Shown: positions 49,911 to 57,536 of the stretch, piece after piece
Layout: each line of letters starts with the position of its first letter
Numbering within the stretch: the first letter of the stretch is position 1
Origin: an uncultured Bacteroidota bacterium
GTDB lineage: Bacteria; Bacteroidota; Bacteroidia; Chitinophagales; LD1
Assembly: GCA_903889265.1 (NCBI GenBank)
Contig: CAISWS010000119.1
Coordinates: 4,615-68,614, forward strand
Length of the DNA: 64,000 bases
Reading direction: 5' to 3'
Notes under the pieces: model-generated
What the model was told of the DNA's origin: nothing
Databases searched by the model: none
What the model saw: only the letters and a program-made list of their open reading frames with translations
Made by a program: the position numbers and the translations under genes

Positions 49911-50888
49911 ATGAACATGAAAACCCTGTTAATTGCCCCCTTTGCCTGCTTGCTTTTGCTTTCATCATGCCTGGTAACCAAAAAAAAATATGACGAGCAG
50001 GTTGCCCTGGCCAATAAATACCTGGCCGAAAAAAATGATTGCGGCGATAAACTAACCCAGGCCACGGCAACTATAGACGACCTCAATAAACAAATAGCCA
50101 ATCTGAATGATGAGATACAGAAGTTAAAAGACAACAACACCTCTTTAGAAGACAGGAACAAAAAACTGGCTGCCTTAAAAGATGAAACAGAAAGCATCTG
50201 CGCCAAAGTGAGAGAGAAGCTGGACGAGATAACCAACTCATCCGCCGCTGAGAAAAATAAATTGATGAAGGACCTTGCCGGAAAAGAAAAAGACCTGATG
50301 GCCAAAAGCGAAGAGCTGAATAAACTAAGCCACGACCTTGACGAGCGCGACGCTAAACTGCGCAACATGCAGGCGCTAATGGCCCGTAAAGATTCCGCCG
50401 TGCAGGCACTGAGGAAAAAACTGACTGATGCCCTGCTGGGATTCAATACGAGCGAGCTTTCCGTTTCGGTTAAAGACGGTAAGGTTTACGTATCTATGAG
50501 CGATAAACTATTGTTCAGCACGGGTAGCTTTAAAGTAGATGAGCGCGGTAAAGAGGCCCTTAAAAAAATAGCTGAAGTACTAAACAAGCAAACCGATATC
50601 AACATTAATATAGAAGGGCATACCGATAATAAGGCTTACGTATCAACCACCAGCAGCCCAATCAACAGCAACTGGGACCTCAGCGTTATGCGCGCCTCCT
50701 ACGTAACTAAAATTATGGTGGAAGATTACAGCGTTGACCCTACACGAATTATCCCTTCCGGCCGTAGCAAATTCTTCCCCGTTGAAAGTAACGATACCGC
50801 CGAAGGCCGTGGCAAAAACCGCCGCGTAGAAGTAATACTTGAGCCGGACATGAAAGCCATTATGGACATTCTGAATGGGGTTAATTGA
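49911..50888 (+). CDS. OmpA/MotB family lipoprotein with long coiled coil
   Basis: 325 aa. Lipobox LLLSSC, about 150 aa of heptad-like coiled coil, C-terminal OmpA_C (IEGHTDNKAY...NWDLSVMRA...NRRVEVIL). Confidence 0.85.
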   Translation: MNMKTLLIAPFACLLLLSSCLVTKKKYDEQVALANKYLAEKNDCGDKLTQATATIDDLNKQIANLNDEIQKLKDNNTSLEDRNKKLAALKDETESICAKVREKLDEITNSSAAEKNKLMKDLAGKEKDLMAKSEELNKLSHDLDERDAKLRNMQALMARKDSAVQALRKKLTDALLGFNTSELSVSVKDGKVYVSMSDKLLFSTGSFKVDERGKEALKKIAEVLNKQTDININIEGHTDNKAYVSTTSSPINSNWDLSVMRASYVTKIMVEDYSVDPTRIIPSGRSKFFPVESNDTAEGRGKNRRVEVILEPDMKAIMDILNGVN

Positions 50889-50914
50889 GTTACTTTATTA
50901 ACTAATTAGTATAT

Positions 50915-50984
50915 AGTATTAAGACGGATTTGCCGCAGGGCAATATCATCCCTTAATGTTATCAGCAAATCAAGTCTTAATACT
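50915..50984. repeat. 11-bp inverted repeat upstream of tatC, followed by a tandem 12-mer
   Basis: AGTATTAAGAC (50915-50925) / GTCTTAATACT (50974-50984) are perfect complements. AATACTAAATAC occurs at 50979-50990 and 50993-51004. Confidence 0.55.
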
Positions 50985-51025
50985 AAATACTCAATACTAA
51001 ATACCTAATTCCCTACATTCGCCGC

Positions 51026-51874
51026 ATGTTAGGACTGAAAAATCCCCAAAATCCGGAAGCCGAAATGGGCTTTTTCGATCATGTGGAAGTGCTGCGCTGG
51101 CACCTGATACGCTCGGCACTCGCTATACTGGTTTGTTCGTGCGTAGTGGGCTATTACTATCAGTTTATTTTTGATAACATTATCCTGGGCGTTCAATCGC
51201 GTAATTTCCCTACCTACCGGTTCCTTTGCTGGATGGCCGCAAAGTTTCCCTATTTAACGGGCCTTTGCATGGACCACGACCTGAACATACACCTGCAAAA
51301 CACAGCCATGTTCGGGCAAATAAACCTGCTGTTTCAATATGCATTCGTGCTGGGGGTGGTAATCGCCTTTCCTTATATTATCTGGGAGTTATGGCGTTTT
51401 ATAGCACCGGCACTGCAGGAATCAGAGGCAAAAAAAACAAGTAAGGTTATACTCGCCTGCTCGGGCTTCTTTTTTGCAGGCATTATTTTCTGCTATTTTA
51501 TTGTCATCCCGTTCTCGCTCAATTTTGCAGTCAGCTTTACGGTAAGCCCTACCATTAAAAACGACTTTACCATTGATAACTATATAGACTTCTTCACCAT
51601 TATGCTGGTGGCCATAGGCGGCGTATTTGAATTACCCATGATAGTTTATTTCCTGGCCCGCCTGGGTATTCTGGGCCCTGCTATTATGCGCAAATACCGT
51701 AGTTACGCAATTGTTGTAATTGTTATTGTAGCCGCCATGCTAGACCCCTCTCCCGATGTATTTTCGCAATGCCTGATAGGACTGCCTATTTATATACTTT
51801 ACGAATTGAGTATTTTAATTGCAGCCCGCGTTGAAAATAACAGAAACAAAAAAATACAGCAAGCGCCTAAATAA
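51026..51874 (+). CDS. tatC: twin-arginine translocase subunit TatC
   Basis: 282 aa, 6 TM. FFDHVEVLRWHLIRS N-terminal motif and the P-rich loop LDPSPD typical of TatC. Confidence 0.9.
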   Translation: MLGLKNPQNPEAEMGFFDHVEVLRWHLIRSALAILVCSCVVGYYYQFIFDNIILGVQSRNFPTYRFLCWMAAKFPYLTGLCMDHDLNIHLQNTAMFGQINLLFQYAFVLGVVIAFPYIIWELWRFIAPALQESEAKKTSKVILACSGFFFAGIIFCYFIVIPFSLNFAVSFTVSPTIKNDFTIDNYIDFFTIMLVAIGGVFELPMIVYFLARLGILGPAIMRKYRSYAIVVIVIVAAMLDPSPDVFSQCLIGLPIYILYELSILIAARVENNRNKKIQQAPK

Positions 51875-51882
51875 TAACACCT

Positions 51883-52311
51883 ATGAAAGTAGCCATCGGA
51901 GGAGACCATGCCGGTTTTGAATATAAAGCCGAACTGACAAAATATTTAACCGCTAACGGTTTTGACGTAAAAGATTTCGGCCCCTTTTCATCCGAATCGT
52001 GCGACTACCCCGACTTTGCTCACCCTTTAGCCGCAAGCGTTGAAAAGGGCGAGAACACTTTTGGTATATTAATATGTGGCAGCGCCAACGGTGTAGCAAT
52101 GACAGCGAACAAACACCAGGGCATTCGTGCTGCCATTGTATGGAAAAATGAATTAGCCGCACTGGCCCGCCAGCATAACGATGCCAACGTAATTTGCCTC
52201 CCTGCCCGTTTTATTTCATTGGATGAAACTAAAGAATTTGCGCTAACATTTCTAAACACCGCATTCGAAGGTGGAAGACATCAGCGCCGGGTAGATAAAA
52301 TCGCTTGCTAA
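51883..52311 (+). CDS. rpiB: ribose 5-phosphate isomerase B
   Basis: 142 aa. MKVAIGGDHAGFEYK...ILICGSANGVAMTANKHQGIRAA...NDANVICLPARF is the RpiB/LacAB signature. Confidence 0.9.
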   Translation: MKVAIGGDHAGFEYKAELTKYLTANGFDVKDFGPFSSESCDYPDFAHPLAASVEKGENTFGILICGSANGVAMTANKHQGIRAAIVWKNELAALARQHNDANVICLPARFISLDETKEFALTFLNTAFEGGRHQRRVDKIAC

Positions 52312-54365
52312 TGCGAATTTTCTCTCCACAAGGTCTCAAAGAGCAATATTCTAAAGAAGTACCCATGATTTTTGATAGAAAAAACCTTAGCAACGAAGAA
52401 CTGATCCAACTATATCAACTCATCCTTAAACCAAGGGTTATTGAAGAGCGCATGCTCAAATTACTACGGCAGGGACGAGTGAGCAAATGGTTTTCAGGTA
52501 TCGGGCAGGAGGCCATTTCGGTAGGCGTTACCGCTGCTTTGCATGAAGATGAATACGTTTGTCCGCTGCACCGTAACCTGGGTGTGTTTACCACCCGCAA
52601 CTGCGACCTTCAGCAATTATTTGAGCAATTTCAGGGCAAGCAAAACGGATTCTCACAAGGACGTGAAAGAAGTTTTCACTTTGGCACCAATGAGCACCAC
52701 ATTGTAGGTATGATATCCCACCTCGGACCACAACTTTGCGTGGGCGATGGTATTGCACTGGCAAGTAAGCTCAAAAAGGAAAAGAAAATAACCGTCACTT
52801 TTACAGGTGATGGCGGAACCAGCGAAGGGGATTTTCACGAAGCCTGCAACATAGCCGCAGTATGGAATTTACCAGTCATTATCCTGATTGAGAACAACGG
52901 TTACGGCCTCTCCACCCCCACCAACGAACAGTTTAAATGCAAATACCTGGCCGAAAGGGCTATCGGCTACGGCATGAAAGGCATAACCATCGACGGCAAT
53001 AATATTTTAGAAGTATACCACACCGTCAGGGCCTTGGCCGATGAAATGCGCGAAAGGCCCTTTCCGGTTTTGCTGGAGTGTATGACCTTCAGAATGCGCG
53101 GGCATGAAGAAGCCAGCGGTGTAAAATACGTGCCCAAAGAGTTGTTTGAATTATGGGAGAAAAAAGACCCTGTAACCAACTACGAAAACTGGCTGATTGA
53201 ACAAGGCGTTATCTCGCCCGATTACCCCCACATGCTGAAGGAAGAAATGGATACCGAAGTGCGTGCAGCTTTTGATAAAGCCGACGCACAACCGGATGTA
53301 ATACCAGATACAGAAAAGGAATTGCGAGAATTATACTGCCCCCTCCCAACCTCCCCCGAAAGGGGAGGCTTCAAGTCCTCTCCCCTTCGGGGAGAGTTAG
53401 AGAGGGGCCGGGAGTCTTTGCGATTGGTGGATGCCATTCGTGAAGGCCTTTGGCAATCTATGGAGCGTTACGACAATCTTGTAGTGATGGGTCAAGACGT
53501 TGCCGAATACGGCGGCGTATTTAAAGTAACCGATGGCTTTGTAGAAAAATTCGGAAAAGAGAGGCTGCGCAATACCCCATTGTGTGAATCGGGTATTTTA
53601 AGCGCAGCGTTGGGCATGAGTGTAAAAGGAATTAAGAGCGTAGTTGAAATGCAGTTTGCCGATTTCGTCTCAACCGGGTTTAACGCCATAGTAAATAATC
53701 TCGCCAAATCATACTGGCGTTGGGGTCAAAACGCCGATGTGGTAGTTCGTATGCCTACCGGTGCCGGTGTAGGTGCGGGGCCCTTCCACTCGCAAAGTAA
53801 CGAGGCCTGGTTTTTTCACGTACCCGGTTTAAAAGTAGTTTACCCCGCCTTTCCGGATGATGCAAAAGGACTATTAGCCGCAGCAATAGAAGACCCAAAC
53901 CCTGTTATGTATTTCGAGCATAAAGCGCTTTACCGAAGTATTGAAGGCAACGTGCCCGATGATTATTACACCACCGAAATAGGCAAAGCCAAACTGGTAA
54001 AAGAAGGCGATGAAGTTTCTATCATTACCTACGGCGCCGGTGTGCACTGGGCCTTAGAAGCCGCTAAAGATGCTTCAGCAGATATACTTGACCTTCGCAC
54101 ATTGTTGCCCTTCGATAAAGAAGCCATAACCGCCACCGTTAAAAAAACCGGCAAAGTTTTAGTGCTACACGAAGACACGCTTATAGGCGGCATAGGCGGA
54201 GAAATCGCCGCCTGGATATCAGAAACCCTGTTCGAACATTTAGATGCCCCTATAGTCCGCGTAGCATCATTAGATACACCGGTGCCCTTTGCCATTCCCT
54301 TAGAGAATAATTTTTTACCGAAAGAAAGATTGAAAGGAAAATTGCAGGAGTTGTTGAATTACTAG
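52311..54365 (+). CDS. fused E1 alpha/beta 2-oxoacid (branched-chain-type) dehydrogenase, TPP-dependent
   Basis: The N-terminal half has an E1-alpha TPP motif (GDGGTSEGDFHEACNIAAVWNLPVIILIENNGY). The C-terminal half is E1-beta/transketolase-like (VVMGQDVAEYGGVFKVTDGF...). The ATG at 52311 overlaps the rpiB stop (TAATG). An alternative start is at 52365. The listed ORF start at 52305 is a TTG. Confidence 0.9.
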   Translation: MRIFSPQGLKEQYSKEVPMIFDRKNLSNEELIQLYQLILKPRVIEERMLKLLRQGRVSKWFSGIGQEAISVGVTAALHEDEYVCPLHRNLGVFTTRNCDLQQLFEQFQGKQNGFSQGRERSFHFGTNEHHIVGMISHLGPQLCVGDGIALASKLKKEKKITVTFTGDGGTSEGDFHEACNIAAVWNLPVIILIENNGYGLSTPTNEQFKCKYLAERAIGYGMKGITIDGNNILEVYHTVRALADEMRERPFPVLLECMTFRMRGHEEASGVKYVPKELFELWEKKDPVTNYENWLIEQGVISPDYPHMLKEEMDTEVRAAFDKADAQPDVIPDTEKELRELYCPLPTSPERGGFKSSPLRGELERGRESLRLVDAIREGLWQSMERYDNLVVMGQDVAEYGGVFKVTDGFVEKFGKERLRNTPLCESGILSAALGMSVKGIKSVVEMQFADFVSTGFNAIVNNLAKSYWRWGQNADVVVRMPTGAGVGAGPFHSQSNEAWFFHVPGLKVVYPAFPDDAKGLLAAAIEDPNPVMYFEHKALYRSIEGNVPDDYYTTEIGKAKLVKEGDEVSIITYGAGVHWALEAAKDASADILDLRTLLPFDKEAITATVKKTGKVLVLHEDTLIGGIGGEIAAWISETLFEHLDAPIVRVASLDTPVPFAIPLENNFLPKERLKGKLQELLNY
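53338..53417 (+). repeat. GC-rich double-hairpin element lying in-frame in the E1 alpha/beta linker
   Basis: CCTCCCC-CGAAA-GGGGAGG (53350-53368) and CTCTCCC-CTTCG-GGGAGAG (53378-53396). Encodes PLPTSPERGGFKSSPLRGELERGRE between the alpha and beta domains. Its composition resembles the intergenic poly-C/poly-G hairpins at 27494-27509 and 31980-32000. Confidence 0.6.
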
Positions 54366-54424
54366 TTGCCCTACTTACTTAACTCATCAATGTGCTTATA
54401 CGCCAATTTCTTTCCTTCTTCAAG

Positions 54425-54784
54425 CTACCGTTTGCCAGGCAAATTACTCCCCTGCCTCCAAATCCAAAACCCAATCAAAGGCATCAGCACCACCACCAAA
54501 ATACAAACGGGGTTCAGCCTGCCGTGCAGGGTATAACTCATCCACGCACAATTGCCGTGGTATAAAAACGGGTACACCGCGGCCAAAAAATAAATCAGCG
54601 CCCTATATGGTATGCCCTTTCGTAAAAGAGCATATAGGCAAAGGCAATAGCTTAAAAGATGAATGCAATGCGAATAAACAGGCTCATCGCTGTAATGTGT
54701 CGCCAACCCAACAACATGCACACCAATACAGATTAAAAGAAACAGGGTAAAAAGAATATCAATGCCAATGCGGGTTGCTTTCAT
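54425..54784 (-). CDS. small hydrophobic membrane protein (hypothetical)
   Basis: About 119 aa from the Met at 54784 (MKATRIGIDILF...), 4 TM segments. The longer listed ORF (to 54934) reads through a family-B repeat and is unlikely to be real. Confidence 0.45.
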   Translation of the reverse strand: MKATRIGIDILFTLFLLICIGVHVVGLATHYSDEPVYSHCIHLLSYCLCLYALLRKGIPYRALIYFLAAVYPFLYHGNCAWMSYTLHGRLNPVCILVVVLMPLIGFWIWRQGSNLPGKR

Positions 54785-54804
54785 ATTTTGAAGGTATAAA
54801 AAGT

Positions 54805-54924
54805 AATACAGGTTAACGCAAAGGCCGCTAAGAAAATACATCGCAAAGAACGCAGAGAAATTCAAATAAAAATCTTTGCGGTTCTTTGCGAAAAACCTTT
54901 GCGCTCTTAGCGTGAACCTGTATT
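54805..54924. repeat. family-B repeat, full palindromic copy (about 120 bp)
   Basis: AATACAGGTTAACGCAAAGGCCGCTAAG...CCTTTGCGCTCTTAGCGTGAACCTGTATT. The terminal 15 nt are complementary with one mismatch, and it is colinear with the copy at 28148-28243. Confidence 0.75.
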
Positions 54925-54984
54925 TGCCTTTCATCCAACAAAAATTTCCTTAATTCACACTCTCAAAATAAAACCACGCATAAA

Positions 54985-55806
54985 GTGAATACAGTATTCA
55001 AACCCGGACTATTTGAAGGAAAAACTGCCATCATAACCGGTGGCGGAACAGGCATTGGTTTACGCATAGCCCGCGAACTGGCTTACCTCGGTGCAACTGT
55101 AATCCTCGCCAGCCGCAAAATGGAAAACCTGGCTAAAGGCGTTGAAATAATAACTGCCGAAGGCGGCAAAGCCCACGCCGTAGAATGCAACATCCGCCAG
55201 GAAGAAAGCATAAAAGCCTGCGTAGCCAAAACCATCGAACTAACCGGCCGCATCGATTACCTGGTAAACAACGGTGGCGGACAGTTCCCCTCACCGGCTG
55301 AGATGATAAGCCCTAAAGGCTGGCATGCAGTTATTGAAACCAACTTAACAGGCACCTTCTTTATGAGCCAGGAGGTGTTTAACAGGCAGTTTGTAAATAC
55401 GGGTGGCGCTATAGTTAATATCATAGCCAACATGCGTAATGGCTTTCCTATTATGGCGCACACCGGTGCAGCAAGGGCGGGGGTTGAAAACATCACCAAA
55501 AGCCTGGCCACCGAATGGGGCAAATATGGCGTGCGTGTAAACGCAGTAGCCCCCGGCGTAATTAAAAGCAGCGGCCTCGACCGCTACGACCCATCCTACA
55601 AAGATTTCATTCTCAGCTTTGCCAAAAACAACCAAACCACCCGATTAGGCACCGAGGCCGAAGTATCATCTGCAGTTGTGTTTCTGCTATGTCCCGGTGC
55701 AGCTTATATCTCCGGCGTAACACTGGCCGTTGATGCTGCAGAGTCATTATACTCACCCGTAATGCCACCGGTTGCTAATAATGCCAATCCGGCGTTTGAG
55801 GATTAG
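54985..55806 (+). CDS. SDR family oxidoreductase (enoyl/dienoyl-CoA reductase-like)
   Basis: 273 aa, GTG start. TGGGTGIG Rossmann motif, NNGG, and classical SDR layout. Confidence 0.88.
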   Translation: MNTVFKPGLFEGKTAIITGGGTGIGLRIARELAYLGATVILASRKMENLAKGVEIITAEGGKAHAVECNIRQEESIKACVAKTIELTGRIDYLVNNGGGQFPSPAEMISPKGWHAVIETNLTGTFFMSQEVFNRQFVNTGGAIVNIIANMRNGFPIMAHTGAARAGVENITKSLATEWGKYGVRVNAVAPGVIKSSGLDRYDPSYKDFILSFAKNNQTTRLGTEAEVSSAVVFLLCPGAAYISGVTLAVDAAESLYSPVMPPVANNANPAFED

Positions 55807-55968
55807 GAAAACAGCTGGAAAGGGGTGGGGGGTGTTTCCACTTTTTTTATTACACCATTGGTTATCAATACCCGACATTCTTAAGACCCCTTTCCATGGA
55901 AACCACCCCCTTTCATTTTTAAGGCTCTTTAACTCGTCACCGTTTATAACGAGGATTTAGTGACTTAC

Positions 55969-56006
55969 GCATTTCATTTTAATACGTACGGATTAAAATG
56001 AAATGC
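55969..56006. repeat. perfect 13-bp stem hairpin
   Basis: GCATTTCATTTTA (55969-55981) / TAAAATGAAATGC (55994-56006), 12-nt loop. Confidence 0.6.
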
Positions 56007-56035
56007 GGGCATAATAAATGGCAAACCCCATTCTA

Positions 56036-56057
56036 GAGACGCGATGCTTCGCGTCTC
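56036..56057. repeat. family-D hairpin GAGACGCGA-TGCT-TCGCGTCTC
   Basis: 9-bp perfect stem. The exact reverse complement occurs at 56140-56161. Confidence 0.7.
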
Positions 56058-56139
56058 CTATGCCGGATGGGCCAAGGCATATTTGTTCACCACATTTTGG
56101 GTATGTGCTTATAAACAGGATTTCGCCCACACGCAACAA

Positions 56140-56161
56140 GAGACGCGAAGCATCGCGTCTC
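56140..56161. repeat. family-D hairpin GAGACGCGA-AGCA-TCGCGTCTC (inverted copy)
   Basis: Reverse complement of 56036-56057. Together they bound a 126-bp segment. Confidence 0.7.
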
Positions 56162-56298
56162 TACGGCCAAATCACAGAATGTTGTGGTTTACGCGTTTTA
56201 TTACGTATTACAACGAACTGAAATTACAAATACTAATGCCGCCGTTATTACAATATTCTGAAAATTTACAAAGTGTATTAAAACCAAGCAATAAGGTT

Positions 56299-56370
56299 TT
56301 CCCCTACTACTTTTTTGCTCCGAAAAAAGGAGAGGGGGAAATGTCGACAGACAAAGGGGGTGAGGCAACC
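56299..56370 (+). repeat. family-A hairpin repeat
   Basis: TTCCCCTACTACTTTTTTGCTCCGAAAAAAGGAGAGGGGGAAATGTCGACAGACAAAGGGGGTGAGGCAACC, colinear with 29963-30030. Confidence 0.7.
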
Positions 56371-56431
56371 CTTAGGCTATGATTTAGCCGGTTATTGGGT
56401 AAAGGTGGATTATAGGGAGTGGTGAGGAATG
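56367..56431 (+). repeat. about 65-bp direct repeat, left copy
   Basis: CAACCCTTAGGCTATGATTTAGCCGGTTATTGGGTAAAGGTGGATTATAGGGAGTGGTGAGGAATG is closely similar to 57413-57480. Confidence 0.7.
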
Positions 56432-56473
56432 AACGGTCACAAGGCGCAAAAACATAACAGGCTGTTTTGTATT

Positions 56474-56562
56474 AAGCCCTGAAAGGGCGACAAGACAATA
56501 GCACCGGGTGCAGCCCGGTGTGCAAACACACAGCCGGGTTAACAGCCCTGTAAGGGCGTAAG
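56474..56562 (+). repeat. REP-like three-hairpin unit (family C), copy 1
   Basis: AGCCCTGAAAGGGCG..GCACCGGGTGCAGCCCGGTG..CAGCCCTGTAAGGGCGTAAG. Hairpins GCCCT-GAA-AGGGC, CACCGGG-TGCAG-CCCGGTG and GCCCT-GTA-AGGGC. Abuts the 3' end of the Y1 transposase gene. Confidence 0.8.
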
Positions 56563-56563
56563 A

Positions 56564-57016
56564 TTAATCCCATACATACCGCTCATCATATTCAACGCGG
56601 TATTTTTTCAGGAACGCACGGTATTCATCCTGGAATGTTTTTTTGGCGTGATGTTCTTTTTGGTTGGAGATATATTTTACAACCGTTTCAACTTCGGTGG
56701 GATTTACCGAGAATGCGCCATATCCATCCTGCCAATAAAAATCTTTAAAACCTTCACCTTTAAGCTTCATCCATTTAGATGAATGGGACTTTAGTTCCTC
56801 TAAAAGTTTTATAAGCGCAATCTTTTTTGATAACAGGCAAAGGATGTGAACGTGATCTTTATGGCCACCAATTTGGATTGGAAAGCAATCCAGTTTATTA
56901 CAAATACCGCCCAGGTAAGCATGTAAATCATCTGCCACCTTATCCGTTATAAGCGGCATCCGGTTTTTTGTGCTGAACACAATGTGCATGTAATTTTGAA
57001 CGAGCGATTGCGACAT
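56564..57016 (-). CDS. IS200/IS605-family Y1 (HUH) transposase, REP-associated tyrosine transposase (RAYT)-like
   Basis: 150 aa. NYMHIVFSTKNR N-terminus, HUH motif HKDHVHIL, and a catalytic Tyr region WQDGYGAFSV. Size and layout match TnpA_IS200/RAYT. Confidence 0.85.
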   Translation of the reverse strand: MSQSLVQNYMHIVFSTKNRMPLITDKVADDLHAYLGGICNKLDCFPIQIGGHKDHVHILCLLSKKIALIKLLEELKSHSSKWMKLKGEGFKDFYWQDGYGAFSVNPTEVETVVKYISNQKEHHAKKTFQDEYRAFLKKYRVEYDERYVWD

Positions 57017-57018
57017 AT

Positions 57019-57106
57019 TCTTACGCCCTTTCAGGGCTTTATGTTTTCGTTATTCACCTACACCGGGCTGCACCCGGTGCTATTGTCTTATCGCCCTTTC
57101 AGGGCT
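57019..57106 (-). repeat. REP-like three-hairpin unit (family C), copy 2 (inverted)
   Basis: CTTACGCCCTTTCAGGGC...CACCGGGCTGCACCCGGTGCTATTGTCTTATCGCCCTTTCAGGGCT. Its reverse complement aligns with copy 1. Confidence 0.8.
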
Positions 57107-57285
57107 GAATACATCGGGCTTATAGTTAACGGCGGTGATATGTATGTGAAATTATAAAAAATGGATAATGATTAATTGGGTATTTAAAGATTCACGCGAA
57201 TATCTCATCGCACCCTACAACCTGAATCCATTATAACCCTAAACTTCTCTGCGCTACCCCTCCGATAACACCAACCCCTGTATCA

Positions 57286-57371
57286 AGCCCTGAAAGGGCG
57301 ACCAGATAACAGCACCGGGTGCAGCCCGGTGTAAACAAACGGCCGGATTAACAGCCCTGTAAGGGCGTAAG
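57286..57371 (+). repeat. REP-like three-hairpin unit (family C), copy 3
   Basis: AGCCCTGAAAGGGCGACCAGATAACAGCACCGGGTGCAGCCCGGTGTAAACAAACGGCCGGATTAACAGCCCTGTAAGGGCGTAAG, in the same orientation as copy 1. Confidence 0.8.
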
Positions 57372-57412
57372 AATAACCAACCTGCTACAGCAACAAGCCC
57401 CAACACAACACC

Positions 57413-57480
57413 AACCCTTAGGCTATGATTTAGCAGATTATTTGGTAAAGGTGGATAATAGGGAGTGGTGGGGAAGGATG
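57413..57480 (+). repeat. about 65-bp direct repeat, right copy
   Basis: CAACCCTTAGGCTATGATTTAGCAGATTATTTGGTAAAGGTGGATAATAGGGAGTGGTGGGGAAGGATG. Confidence 0.7.
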
Positions 57481-57536
57481 CCGAAAGTATAATTCTTGTT
57501 CTTTTGAATATCTAACTTAGCGCATAAATATAAGGT

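Larger units (their letters stand above)
56474..57106 (-). mobile_element. RAYT-type locus: IS200-like Y1 transposase gene bracketed by inverted REP-like units
   Basis: Copy 1 (56474-56562) and copy 2 (57019-57106) are reverse complements of each other by eye and lie within 3 bp of the stop and start of the transposase ORF. Confidence 0.7.

Noticed and set aside
49886-50446. 186-aa minus-strand ORF, Ser/Leu-rich.
   Set aside because: It is antisense to the coiled-coil part of the OmpA/MotB lipoprotein gene (49911-50888). The plus-strand frame has a lipobox and a canonical OmpA_C domain, so the antisense ORF is a composition artefact of Lys/Glu/Leu-rich codons.
56018-56382. 67-aa and 112-aa plus-strand ORFs upstream of the RAYT gene.
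   Set aside because: They run through the family-D hairpins and the family-A repeat. The peptides (…ETRCFASP…, …KKGEGEMSTDKGGEA…) are typical translations of repeat DNA, not conserved proteins.
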